This document shows, in pieces, positions 1 through 8,791 of a stretch of DNA of 64,000 bases (position 1 is the first letter of the stretch; every line of letters begins with the position of its first letter). The DNA comes from Chloracidobacterium sp. Lineage in GTDB: Bacteria > Acidobacteriota > Blastocatellia > Pyrinomonadales > Pyrinomonadaceae. The notes under the pieces are model-generated. The model had not been told where the DNA came from and did not search any database. It saw only the letters and a program-made list of their open reading frames with translations. A program made the translations under genes and the position numbers. The stretch lies in NCBI GenBank assembly GCA_016716305.1, contig JADJWP010000001.1, positions 350,391 through 414,390 of the forward strand, written 5' to 3'.

Positions 1-17
1 ACATTCAGCGTGCCACA

Positions 18-674
18 ATGCGGCAGGCAATGATCAACAAATGGGGCCGGGCGGCAGTCGAAAAGGCTGAACGCGAAGCGGCATCACGCTCGCGAACGAC
101 GGCTGCATCGCGTAACACCGCGGCAAACAGCGGCCCCGTCGTCGATAGTGTTCCGGCTCCAAAGAACCTTGGAAAGTTCAGGCCATCTGCTGCGGTCGAT
201 ACCGGCAAGCTGATCGCCGACAGCCTCGGGACCTCGGCTGAGGAAAAGGCTCTGCTCAAACAGATCTTTGTCGGAACAAAGACCGCGTTCGAATCACAGG
301 CCGCGGCTAAAGGCTGGAAGAATGATGTGGCCGGAGCACTCACGTTCTTTATCGTCGGTACGACGACCATATATCATGATTCTGAAGAACCGAGTGATGA
401 GGCAATGGGAGTGTTGTATACGGCCATAAGCCGCTCAATAGACGAGATACCCGAATTCGCAAAGACCACCGACCGCGAGAAGCAGTCGGTCTATGACATT
501 TTGATAGGTTTTACCGGCATACCGCTCGCACTTTATTCTCAAGGTAAACAATCCGGCGATGCCGGCACCGTCGCGACCGCGAGACAGCTCTCGGCAAAGC
601 TGATCGAGATCGTCCTTAAGGGTGATGCTGAGAAGATCAGGTATTCGAACGGGACATTTGTATTTGGGCAGTGA
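18..674 (+). CDS. hypothetical protein; 5' end possibly cut by the window edge
   Basis: 218-aa ORF. The frame stays open from nt 3 to the first ATG at 18. No family motif recognised. The antisense ORF 5..370 is judged a shadow. Confidence 0.35.
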   Translation: MRQAMINKWGRAAVEKAEREAASRSRTTAASRNTAANSGPVVDSVPAPKNLGKFRPSAAVDTGKLIADSLGTSAEEKALLKQIFVGTKTAFESQAAAKGWKNDVAGALTFFIVGTTTIYHDSEEPSDEAMGVLYTAISRSIDEIPEFAKTTDREKQSVYDILIGFTGIPLALYSQGKQSGDAGTVATARQLSAKLIEIVLKGDAEKIRYSNGTFVFGQ

Positions 675-722
675 TCTTCGAGAACGGCTGACCCGAGAGA
701 ACGGACGTCGTGATGCGGCTGG

Positions 723-2837
723 TCAAAGGGTGATCTCGTAGATCGTAAATTCCCCGCTGCGGTTGCTGGCGAAGACTATCTTCGAACCATCGGGTGAAAA
801 TTTTGGTTCTACATCTTCGGCGGCGTCACGTGTCAGACGCAACAGCTTGCTGCCGTCAGTATTCATCATGTAGATCTCAAAGTTTCCATCGGCATTGCTT
901 GAAAACACGACCCTTTTTCCGTCTGACGAGACCGATGGAGCAACGTCGTAGCGTATTCTATCGGTAAGGCGTACCGGTGTGGTCTGGGCCGACATCAGAC
1001 GAAACAACTCAAAATTTCCTACACGTCCCCCGATCCTGTCGTTGGCAAATAGCAGATCGCCGTCAGGTGTCCATATCGGATTGACAGAAGATCCCTCGTC
1101 GCGGTAAGCCAGTTGCTGATCGCTGCCGTCCGGGTTCATTGTCCAAATGTCGTATCGTTGAAGATCACCCCCGCGATTGGTCGAAAAAGCGATCTTTCGA
1201 CCGTCGGGCGACCACGAAGGCATCAGGTCTTTTGACGCATTCCGCGTCAGATTCACCCGATCCTTCCCGTCGACGGAAATCGAAATTATCTCTGTGTTGT
1301 CGTCTACAAAATCCGTGAAGAGTATCCTTTTGAAGTCAGGCGATACCGCCGGCTGGCCGTTGAGCCTCTCGACGACCGCCAAAACCTGATCCTGCTTTGA
1401 AACCTGATCGAACGACCTAATCTCGCCGCCCTCGTCTCCGATCGGCCTGAAATATACCAAAGAACTGTTATTTCCCAGGTAGTCCGGCTGGGTTGCCGGA
1501 AGTTGGGTGATGCCGAAATCGCGCGCGTCGAATGGTTCAACATTCATAAGATAGATGTTCTCAGCACCATCTTTGTCCGAGATCACAAGTAATTGGGTAC
1601 CGTCGGCCGACCACGGATTGGACGCGGCGTATTCTGTACTCGCCAGGTTCGTAAGTTTTTTTAAGCCGCCGCCGTCAGAGTCCATCAGATAGACGTCGGT
1701 GTTTTCGCCTTCGCGGTCAGAATTGAAAACGATCTGGGTTCCGTCGGGCGAAAAGCTTGGATACGAATCGTGGCCTGGATTATCGGTCAGCCGCATTACA
1801 TTTCCCGTCTCGAGATCTTGCCGATAGATCTCGATGTTTCCGTCGCGGTCGCTGACAAAAAGGATCGAACGTGCATCCGGAGCGAACGACGGGTCACCAT
1901 CGAATGCCGGATGACTGACAACCGGCTGGAGTTCGCCCGAAGCAAGCGTATAAATAAATATGTCCGAGTTCTTTTTTCCGTCCGGCGTTTCGGACCAAAC
2001 TTGAAGAACGAGCTTTTTGCTGTCAGGCGACCACGAGGTATTGCCGGCGTTGAATGTGAGCTGCTTTTCATCGCTCCCGTCCGCATTGGCGATAAAAACG
2101 GTTGATCCGCCTCCCTCCCGCTGATAGAAGACCTTTGTGCCGTCCGGCGACCAAAGTCCTCGGGCGAGCCCGGGAATAGCTGCTTCGCGTCGGACATCGC
2201 TCCCATCCGCATTCATTACGTAGCTATAAGATATCTTTCCCTCCAGCCGTACAAACCTGATCCTGCCGTCAGACGCGAATGTTGGGACCATGTCCGTCGT
2301 TGGGTCATTTGTCAGCCTGATCAAGGTGTTCTTGGGGACACCTGCTTTTTTTCCCGGCGTCTGGGGCCTGTAGACAAACGCGGCCGCGAGAAGCGATGCG
2401 AAAAGCGCGAGCCCCAAGCCGAGATAAATATATCTGCTTTTCTGCCACGGTTGTGATCCCGGTGATGAACCCCGTTCCGGGCGATCGGGTTCAACACTGA
2501 CAGCTGCGGCCTCTATCCGAGCAATGAACCGATAACCCTGCTTCGGAACGGTCTCGATAAAATCGCTCCCGTCTGACTGACGCCCGAGTTTTCTGCGAAG
2601 CGTTGAAACGGTTCGGTTGACGTTTCCTTCTTCGACGACGGCATCTGACCACACGGTTGCAAGCAGTTCGTCCTTCGTTACGACCTCGCCGGCGTTCTCG
2701 ATCAGCTTCGCAAGAAGATCAAAGACCCTCGGCGTCAGTTCGATCCGAACCCCATTTTTCATCAGGCTCCGCCGTGAGGCGTTAAATACATAGCCATCGA
2801 AACGAAGACCGTCAGACATGCTCGCTGCATCGTGCAT
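723..2837 (-). CDS. membrane-anchored transcriptional regulator: OmpR/CadC-type winged-helix DNA-binding domain, one TM helix, TolB-like (PD40) beta-propeller repeats
   Basis: 704 aa. The N-terminus 'FDGYVFNASRRSLMKNGVRIELTPRVFDLLAKLIENAGEVVTKDELLATVWSD...VSTLRRKLG...GYRF' fits the Trans_reg_C pattern. TM segment 'YIYLGLGLALFASLLAAAFVY'. Many 'SPDG..I.F.S.R.G...IY' PD40-like repeats follow. Confidence 0.85.
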   Translation of the reverse strand: MHDAASMSDGLRFDGYVFNASRRSLMKNGVRIELTPRVFDLLAKLIENAGEVVTKDELLATVWSDAVVEEGNVNRTVSTLRRKLGRQSDGSDFIETVPKQGYRFIARIEAAAVSVEPDRPERGSSPGSQPWQKSRYIYLGLGLALFASLLAAAFVYRPQTPGKKAGVPKNTLIRLTNDPTTDMVPTFASDGRIRFVRLEGKISYSYVMNADGSDVRREAAIPGLARGLWSPDGTKVFYQREGGGSTVFIANADGSDEKQLTFNAGNTSWSPDSKKLVLQVWSETPDGKKNSDIFIYTLASGELQPVVSHPAFDGDPSFAPDARSILFVSDRDGNIEIYRQDLETGNVMRLTDNPGHDSYPSFSPDGTQIVFNSDREGENTDVYLMDSDGGGLKKLTNLASTEYAASNPWSADGTQLLVISDKDGAENIYLMNVEPFDARDFGITQLPATQPDYLGNNSSLVYFRPIGDEGGEIRSFDQVSKQDQVLAVVERLNGQPAVSPDFKRILFTDFVDDNTEIISISVDGKDRVNLTRNASKDLMPSWSPDGRKIAFSTNRGGDLQRYDIWTMNPDGSDQQLAYRDEGSSVNPIWTPDGDLLFANDRIGGRVGNFELFRLMSAQTTPVRLTDRIRYDVAPSVSSDGKRVVFSSNADGNFEIYMMNTDGSKLLRLTRDAAEDVEPKFSPDGSKIVFASNRSGEFTIYEITL

Positions 2838-2882
2838 TTTCGGAACTTTTCGGAACTTTTCCGGCTGTTTACAGGATTTTTC
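2837..2882. promoter_or_regulatory. candidate operator region: tandem 10-bp repeat TTTTCGGAAC x2 (plus a partial third copy) and the motif CAGGATTTTTC, in the divergent intergenic region
   Basis: Read directly. The repeat occupies 2837-2864, abutting the regulator start codon. The 11-mer at 2872-2882 is the reverse complement of GAAAAATCCTG, which recurs upstream of the paralogous regulator at 61829-61839. Confidence 0.35.
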
Positions 2883-2983
2883 CGGCTCCCGAAAATTATA
2901 AGGTTAGAAGCCATAAGTATCAATAAAAACCGATGCAGCCTGACCGCCGGCTACGTGACTGACCGCAGACCTATACAAACTAA

Positions 2984-4429
2984 ATGGGAGATCAAAACCA
3001 AATGCAGCGAGCTCGTGCAATTCTCGTAGGAACCTTTGTACTTCTTGTCAGCATGACCGCAATGGCCCAGAGCTACATATTCACCTATCAGGGCAAGCTG
3101 AATGACGGCGGTGCTCCTGCAAATGGCGTTTACGATATCCGTATCACACAGCTCGAGGCCATAGATCAGCCGGCAGGTACCGATACCATATTCGATAACG
3201 TACAGGTAACGAACGGCATATTCACCGTCGATATTCCGACAGGTGCACTAATACTTATCGAAAACAGACTTCGCTTCCTTGAGATCGCCGTCAGGCCAGG
3301 CAATAGCGAAGGTGCGTTTTCGGTACTCTCACCGCGCCAGGCGGTGAATATGGTTCCTTACGCCGGCCGGTCAGCCTCAGCCGTCGAGGCGAACTATGCT
3401 GTAAACGCAACAAACGTAAGCGGCGGAACAGTGTCGGGTAATGGGGCCGGCATCACGAATCTAAATGGTTCTAATATCGCACTCGGCACCGTCGGCCCCG
3501 AACAACTGGCACCGAATCTGATCGACGCTCCAAAAAGAAATGCATCACTTCTCGCATCAAAACGATGGGACGTTCTGAGAAGATGGAGAACTTTTCCGGT
3601 CGGAACCTCGCCACACGGAATTACCTTTGACGGCAAGCATGTCTGGACAGCAAATTCCGGTTCAAACAACGTTACAAAACTGGACCCGACCGATGGCTCG
3701 ATAGTAGGCACCTATCCCGTAGGATTGAATCCCAGGGGAATTGTTTACGACGGTTCAAATATTTGGGTGGCAAACTTCGGTAGCAGCAACGTTTCGAGGA
3801 TCCGTGCAAGCGACGGCACTAACTTAGGTACCTATTCAGTAGGAAACAACCCCATCGCTATTGCTTTCGACGGTACTGATGTTTGGGTAACCAACTCTGC
3901 ATCAAATAGTGTGACGAGGTTGAGTACAAGCGACGGTTCAGTTGTAGAAACCATCGATGTAGGCGTTGGGCCCGTGGCGATTGTATTTGATGGATACTAT
4001 CTTTGGACGGCGAACACGGGAAATAGCGTAACTAGAATTCGAGTTACGGGTGGCAACTCATTTGGAACATTCCCCCTTGGAGCTCTGGGGAATGGAACAG
4101 GGATTGAGTTTGATGGAACACACATCTATGCCCTGACCCAACTCGGTAATGTCGTTAAGATCAAGCCAAGCGATGGCTCCATAATTTCATCGTTTTTATC
4201 AAATTCCTTGGGATTTCTTGCACGCAGCATCCTCTTTGACGGAACAAGCCTGTGGGTTTCGCATGGCAATGGACAGATTCACAAGCTTCGAATAAGCGAC
4301 GGAGCCCTACTTGCAGAACATACTGCATTAACTGATAGTCGCGGCCTTGTTTTCGACGGGATCAACGTGTGGGCGACTGGTGCTCAAAACGTCGCGGTTA
4401 GACTTCCACCGGCATTTCCAGAACCTTGA
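2984..4429 (+). CDS. secreted beta-propeller (NHL/YVTN-like) repeat protein with the N-terminal 'FTYQGKL' fibre-head domain
   Basis: 481 aa with signal peptide '...LLVSMTAMAQS'. The N-terminal ~110 aa align with the N-termini of ORFs 4674..7808 and 60065..61543. These are followed by ~7 repeats of 'G..P.GI.FDG..IWV.N..SN.V(T/S)(R/K)...DG'. The start may instead be the ATG at 3002. Confidence 0.7.
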   Translation: MGDQNQMQRARAILVGTFVLLVSMTAMAQSYIFTYQGKLNDGGAPANGVYDIRITQLEAIDQPAGTDTIFDNVQVTNGIFTVDIPTGALILIENRLRFLEIAVRPGNSEGAFSVLSPRQAVNMVPYAGRSASAVEANYAVNATNVSGGTVSGNGAGITNLNGSNIALGTVGPEQLAPNLIDAPKRNASLLASKRWDVLRRWRTFPVGTSPHGITFDGKHVWTANSGSNNVTKLDPTDGSIVGTYPVGLNPRGIVYDGSNIWVANFGSSNVSRIRASDGTNLGTYSVGNNPIAIAFDGTDVWVTNSASNSVTRLSTSDGSVVETIDVGVGPVAIVFDGYYLWTANTGNSVTRIRVTGGNSFGTFPLGALGNGTGIEFDGTHIYALTQLGNVVKIKPSDGSIISSFLSNSLGFLARSILFDGTSLWVSHGNGQIHKLRISDGALLAEHTALTDSRGLVFDGINVWATGAQNVAVRLPPAFPEP

Positions 4430-4474
4430 TCGGAGTTCCAACGCCATGTCTCTCAAGTATTTTCAGAACCAAAG

Positions 4475-4648
4475 TTGGCTTCCAAGGTCAAAACATATCG
4501 ACGCGTGTTTCCAGTTTTCTGTTTGCTCCTTATCATCGTTGCCGCCTTCGATGAAAGTTTCGCTCAATACGAGATGACCGAGTACGTTATTTCAAATGGT
4601 GGCGGGCGGTCGGGCGATGGCTTGAGGCTCAAATATCGTCACCTTTAA
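4475..4648 (+). CDS. possible small secreted ORF (TTG start), a truncated paralog of the N-terminus of ORF 7882..8379
   Basis: Hand translation gives '..VFPVFCLLLIIVAAFDESFAQYEMTEYVISNGGGRSGDGLRLKYRHL*'. This parallels 'LVALSGSSSPSFGQYEVTRFVISTGGGTSSNAQYEV' of the 7882 gene. It is below the ORF-track length cutoff. Confidence 0.25.
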   Translation: MASKVKTYRRVFPVFCLLLIIVAAFDESFAQYEMTEYVISNGGGRSGDGLRLKYRHL

Positions 4649-4673
4649 AAATAGGAAAGGGAAAGAACGACTT

Positions 4674-7600
4674 ATGCGACTTAAAGTACCAACTGTGATC
4701 TTGTTTGCAACCATTGTTTTTGTTGGAACCTTGGCAGCACAGCCCCCCACCTCTACGACCTTTACATATCAAGGAACGCTAAGTGGGACGAATGTTAATC
4801 CAAATACCATCTATGAGTTTCAGTTCTTGCTTTTTGATGAGGAGACTGGCGGCGGCCAACTTGGTCCAACTATAACCAGGGGAATATTACTGCGAAACGG
4901 CGTGTTCATCGCCCGGTTAGATTTTGGAAATCAGTTCTCAGGAGAACCTCGATATCTTGAGATTCGGGTCAAAGGGCCCGGCGAGCAGATTTTCACGGTT
5001 CTCTCTCCTCGCCAATCGGTCGATTGGGTTCCATATTCCGTGCGAAGTAGTACCTCCGACAATTCCGGAACCGTAGGCGGCGTGCCTCTTTCAGGCTTGG
5101 TTCAAACGAACGACCCGCGATTGACCGATGCTCGGCAGCCGCTGCCCGGAAGCGTGAGCTACATTCAAAACGATACGAATCCCCAAGCGGCTAACTTCAA
5201 TATCACGGGTGACGGAACTGCCGCCAATCTCGATGTTACCAGCGAGTACCGGATGAACGGCCAAAGGTTCTTAAAAGCTTCAGGAACTGGTATATCGCTT
5301 GGGTTTGACACACTATTGCCTAGCGAGGGCAGCACTTCCGTTGGATTCGGAGCGGGTGGGGGCCTGCCACCAGGCGTTGTACCTGCCGCGAGCACAGCGG
5401 CGACCTCTGTCGGGTATGGTGCCGGTGGTGGAAACAACGGGTCGTTCTTCGGGAGACTGGCGGGACGGAGGAACACTGGTGCCGGAAACTCGTTCTTTGG
5501 TACGGAAACGGGGCTCAACAATACGGGAGGACAACTCAACTCGTTCTTTGGATATCGGGCAGGCAGGGCAACCACGAATTCGAATCGAAATGTATTTTTC
5601 GGAGCCAATGCCGGGCAGGCTAGCACTGACGGGGAATTAAATACCTTAGTTGGCACGGATGCCGGCACCTCACTTGTGAGTGGGAGTCAGAATACGTTTC
5701 TCGGCGCGGCGGCGGGCAACGAGATTGTGACTGGAGACTTTAATACATTTATCGGTACCGCTGCAGGAAGCCCAAATGGTTTTGAGAATACGATGCTGGG
5801 CGCGAATGCACAGTGCGCACCAGGTGCAATCGGGTGCAACGGCGTAACGCTGATCGGCTCCTTGAGTCGCGCCACCAACGTTAACTGGAATGCGACTGCG
5901 ATTGGCCACCGGGCGCAAGTTCAACAGGATAACTCGATCGTCCTGGGTTCGATCAACGGAATCAACAGCGCCACCTCAGATACGAATGTCGGCATCGGTA
6001 CGACTGCTCCGACGCAGCGACTGCATGTGGTCGGGAATTCGGTTCTGACTGGCAATCTGGGCGTTGGGACCACGAGTCCAACAAGCAAACTCCACGTTAT
6101 AGGCAACGGATTGATCACTGGAAATCTGACCGTCTCGGGAACCATCACAGGCGCGATCAACCTTACTCCAGGCAGTCCGAACTACATTCAAAATACGACA
6201 ACCCAGCAAGCAACTTCGAACTTCAACATCAGTGGTTCCGGCACGGCCAGTATTTTCAATGCCGGGTCGCAGTTTCAGATCGGCGGCAATCGTGTGCTGT
6301 CCATCGCAGGCACAGAGAACGTTTTTGTTGCCAGAAACGCGGGACAGGCAAACACCACCGGGATTTGGAACACGTTTATCGGTTTTGATTCGGGCCTCTC
6401 GAATCTTGGTGGCAGCAATAACGTGTTTCTTGGCCACAGTTCTGGCCGATCGAATGTATCGGGCACCGGCAATACCTTTCTTGGAGTCGGAGCCGGGTCC
6501 GGCAATACCACCGTTGGCGGCCTGACCTTTATTGGCGAGAATGCCGGTGCGTCAAATACGACCGGAGGCGGAAATGTCTTTGTCGGTGCAGCATCAGGAT
6601 TTGCGAACGAAAGCGGGTTCGACAACACATTCCTTGGGGTCAATAGCGGCGCAAACAATGTCGGCGGCAGCTCAAACACCTTCGTCGGTATGGGAAGCGG
6701 GGCCCCAAATAGCTCAGGTTCGCAGAACACCTTTGTCGGAGTGACGTCTGGAGCTCGCAACACTACCGGTAACAATAACTCTTTCTTCGGTTTTCAGGCA
6801 GGATTTTCGACAGTTAGTACCGGCGGAAATTCGTACTTTGGGCACAATGCGGGGATGGCGAGTACCGGAGGTCAGAACTCGTTTTTTGGCGCAAGTTCCG
6901 GGCTCGCAAATACCACCGGTTCGGGCAATTCCTTCTTTGGTTACCAGAGCGGAAATGCGACAACCACCGGTGGCGGAAACGCTTTCTTCGGCGTGTTGTC
7001 TGGCTTTGCCAATTCGATCGGCGAATCAAACACCTTTGTCGGTGCGAGCGCAGCCGCGAGGAACACGTCCGGCTCTGACAATTCATTTATCGGAGCAAGC
7101 GCCGGATTCTTTAACACGACCGGGACCAAGAACATCTTCATAGGCAAAGATTCGGGTCGGGACAATACGACCGGCTCGCAGAACACGATCATCGGCTGGA
7201 ATGCGACCGTGGCGACCGCGAACATGCAAAATGCCACCGCGATCGGTGCAGATTCGAGATCCTATGCCAGTAACCAGGTTCAACTTGGACGCGGCGGGCT
7301 TGATACGGTCTCGATCGGATTACTGGGAACAGGCGGAACTGCACAGGTCTGTCTCAATTCATCGTTGATAAACGGAAACGTTCTAGCCGCCTGCTCGTCC
7401 AGCATGCGTTACAAGAATAACGTTTCCGGATTTACGGCGGGCCTCGATCTTATCCGTAACCTCCGGCCCGTAGCGTTCACTTGGAAAGACGGCGGCAAAG
7501 CCGACCTTGGTTTGGTCGCAGAAGAGGTAGCTGCGGTCGAACCGCTGCTGACTACAACGAACGACAAAGGCGAGGTCGAAGGCGTGAAATACGATCGCAT

Positions 7601-7808
7601 CGGCGTCGTCGCTGTCAACGCCGTCATTGAACAACAGGCGCAGATCGAGAACCAGAGCCGCGAGATCTCGAAACAGCGGGACGAGATCGAACAGTTGAAA
7701 ACCGAAAACGATGCGCTCCGCATGACACTTACAGAATTGCGGAACGCATTTTGTGCGACAAATAACGCCGCGGCCATATGCAAGGTAAAAGCTCCGAAGC
7801 CCCGATAA
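4674..7808 (+). CDS. large secreted tail-fibre-like repeat protein with a C-terminal peptidase-S74 intramolecular chaperone (endosialidase-chaperone) domain
   Basis: 1044 aa with a signal peptide and the N-terminal 'TFTYQGTLSG' domain. Two blocks carry dozens of 'N(S/T)F(F/L/V)G..AG..NTTG' repeats. The C-terminus 'CSSSMRYKNNVSGFTAGLDLIRNLRPVAFTWKDGGKADLGLVAEEVAAVEPLL...GEVEGVKYDRIGVVAVNAVIEQQAQIE' followed by a coiled coil is the S74 pattern. Confidence 0.85.
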   Translation: MRLKVPTVILFATIVFVGTLAAQPPTSTTFTYQGTLSGTNVNPNTIYEFQFLLFDEETGGGQLGPTITRGILLRNGVFIARLDFGNQFSGEPRYLEIRVKGPGEQIFTVLSPRQSVDWVPYSVRSSTSDNSGTVGGVPLSGLVQTNDPRLTDARQPLPGSVSYIQNDTNPQAANFNITGDGTAANLDVTSEYRMNGQRFLKASGTGISLGFDTLLPSEGSTSVGFGAGGGLPPGVVPAASTAATSVGYGAGGGNNGSFFGRLAGRRNTGAGNSFFGTETGLNNTGGQLNSFFGYRAGRATTNSNRNVFFGANAGQASTDGELNTLVGTDAGTSLVSGSQNTFLGAAAGNEIVTGDFNTFIGTAAGSPNGFENTMLGANAQCAPGAIGCNGVTLIGSLSRATNVNWNATAIGHRAQVQQDNSIVLGSINGINSATSDTNVGIGTTAPTQRLHVVGNSVLTGNLGVGTTSPTSKLHVIGNGLITGNLTVSGTITGAINLTPGSPNYIQNTTTQQATSNFNISGSGTASIFNAGSQFQIGGNRVLSIAGTENVFVARNAGQANTTGIWNTFIGFDSGLSNLGGSNNVFLGHSSGRSNVSGTGNTFLGVGAGSGNTTVGGLTFIGENAGASNTTGGGNVFVGAASGFANESGFDNTFLGVNSGANNVGGSSNTFVGMGSGAPNSSGSQNTFVGVTSGARNTTGNNNSFFGFQAGFSTVSTGGNSYFGHNAGMASTGGQNSFFGASSGLANTTGSGNSFFGYQSGNATTTGGGNAFFGVLSGFANSIGESNTFVGASAAARNTSGSDNSFIGASAGFFNTTGTKNIFIGKDSGRDNTTGSQNTIIGWNATVATANMQNATAIGADSRSYASNQVQLGRGGLDTVSIGLLGTGGTAQVCLNSSLINGNVLAACSSSMRYKNNVSGFTAGLDLIRNLRPVAFTWKDGGKADLGLVAEEVAAVEPLLTTTNDKGEVEGVKYDRIGVVAVNAVIEQQAQIENQSREISKQRDEIEQLKTENDALRMTLTELRNAFCATNNAAAICKVKAPKPR

Positions 7809-7881
7809 ATACAATTCGGTTCGGCTGCTTTTTTCCCATCACGACCGAGTGATGTTCACGAATGTTCCCGGAGGCAAAGAA

Positions 7882-8379
7882 ATGAGATTTAACTTTGGAA
7901 TTTTGGTTGTCGCACTTGTCGCTCTCAGTGGGTCAAGTTCACCCTCGTTCGGTCAATACGAGGTCACGCGGTTTGTCATCTCTACCGGCGGCGGAACGTC
8001 GAGCAATGCCCAGTACGAAGTAACAGGCACGTCGGGTCAGCCCGTCTTGGGCCCGCTTGCGTACGGAGCTCCCTATTTTTTACAGAGTGGCTTTTGGAAC
8101 TTCGATCTCGGACCGACCTCCGCGATGGCAGCCATCGAAGGACGCGTCGTCACGTCTGACGGCCGCCCGCTGGTCAGAACAAGCGTCATCATTATCGATG
8201 AGTCGGGCGCCATCAGATCGGCTCTGACCAACCCATTTGGCAGATTTCGTTTCGACGGGCTCGAGGCGGGCCGCACATACGTGATCGAGTTTTCGGCAAA
8301 AGGCTTTGTTTCAACGCCGCACGTCATTTTCCTTGCCGAAGACATCGCCGGACTCGAGCTGACGGCATTCCCTCAATGA
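7882..8379 (+). CDS. small secreted protein with a C-terminal carboxypeptidase-regulatory-like (CarboxypepD_reg) domain
   Basis: GGAGG lies 8 nt upstream of the ATG at 7882. Signal peptide 'MRFNFGILVVALVALSG'. C-terminus 'IEGRVVTSDGRPLVRTSVIIIDESGAIRSALTNPFGRFRFDGLEAGRTYVIEF'. Confidence 0.65.
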   Translation: MRFNFGILVVALVALSGSSSPSFGQYEVTRFVISTGGGTSSNAQYEVTGTSGQPVLGPLAYGAPYFLQSGFWNFDLGPTSAMAAIEGRVVTSDGRPLVRTSVIIIDESGAIRSALTNPFGRFRFDGLEAGRTYVIEFSAKGFVSTPHVIFLAEDIAGLELTAFPQ

Positions 8380-8791
8380 CCGCAAGGATAGAAAAAGGCG
8401 GCAATTGATCGGGTCAAATGCGAAAATATGAGGTCTAGATCGGACCAAGCCCGTTAGACGGTCATTGATCATATTGCCCGCCTTCATCGGAACGTGTGGA
8501 ATTCTCGGTGGTCAGATGATCTTGTGTCTTCCTTCCACGGATAACGGCGAAAGACCGTGCTCGCCGCTCCGATCGAACCTCATCCGCGGCCAGCTGTCGT
8601 CTTCCAACCTGACCTGTTATTCTTTACATCTGAGCCCATCTTTGAGCCGGTATTGCGTTCGTCCCCGCGTAGTGCTGCGGTTATGCGAATTTCGGCGCCC
8701 AACGGAGATCGAACATGTCAGACGAATCAATAAGCACAACACCCAAGAGCGTTAATGTCCTCGCAGCGGCCTGCCCATATTGGAGGGTCGT

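Noticed and set aside
5165-6775. Long minus-strand ORFs (5165-5668, 5976-6437, 6275-6775, 6941-7237), some Pro-rich
   Set aside because: They lie antisense to the NSFFG-repeat coding region of the 1044-aa fibre gene. Their Pro/Val/Phe periodicity mirrors the sense repeats (GGN/AAY read backwards), and no independent family signal is present.
2984-8379. Prophage or tailocin interpretation of the S74 tail-fibre-like genes
   Set aside because: No capsid, terminase, portal, baseplate, sheath, integrase or lysis genes occur within the window. The proteins have Sec signal peptides and a dedicated cellular regulator.
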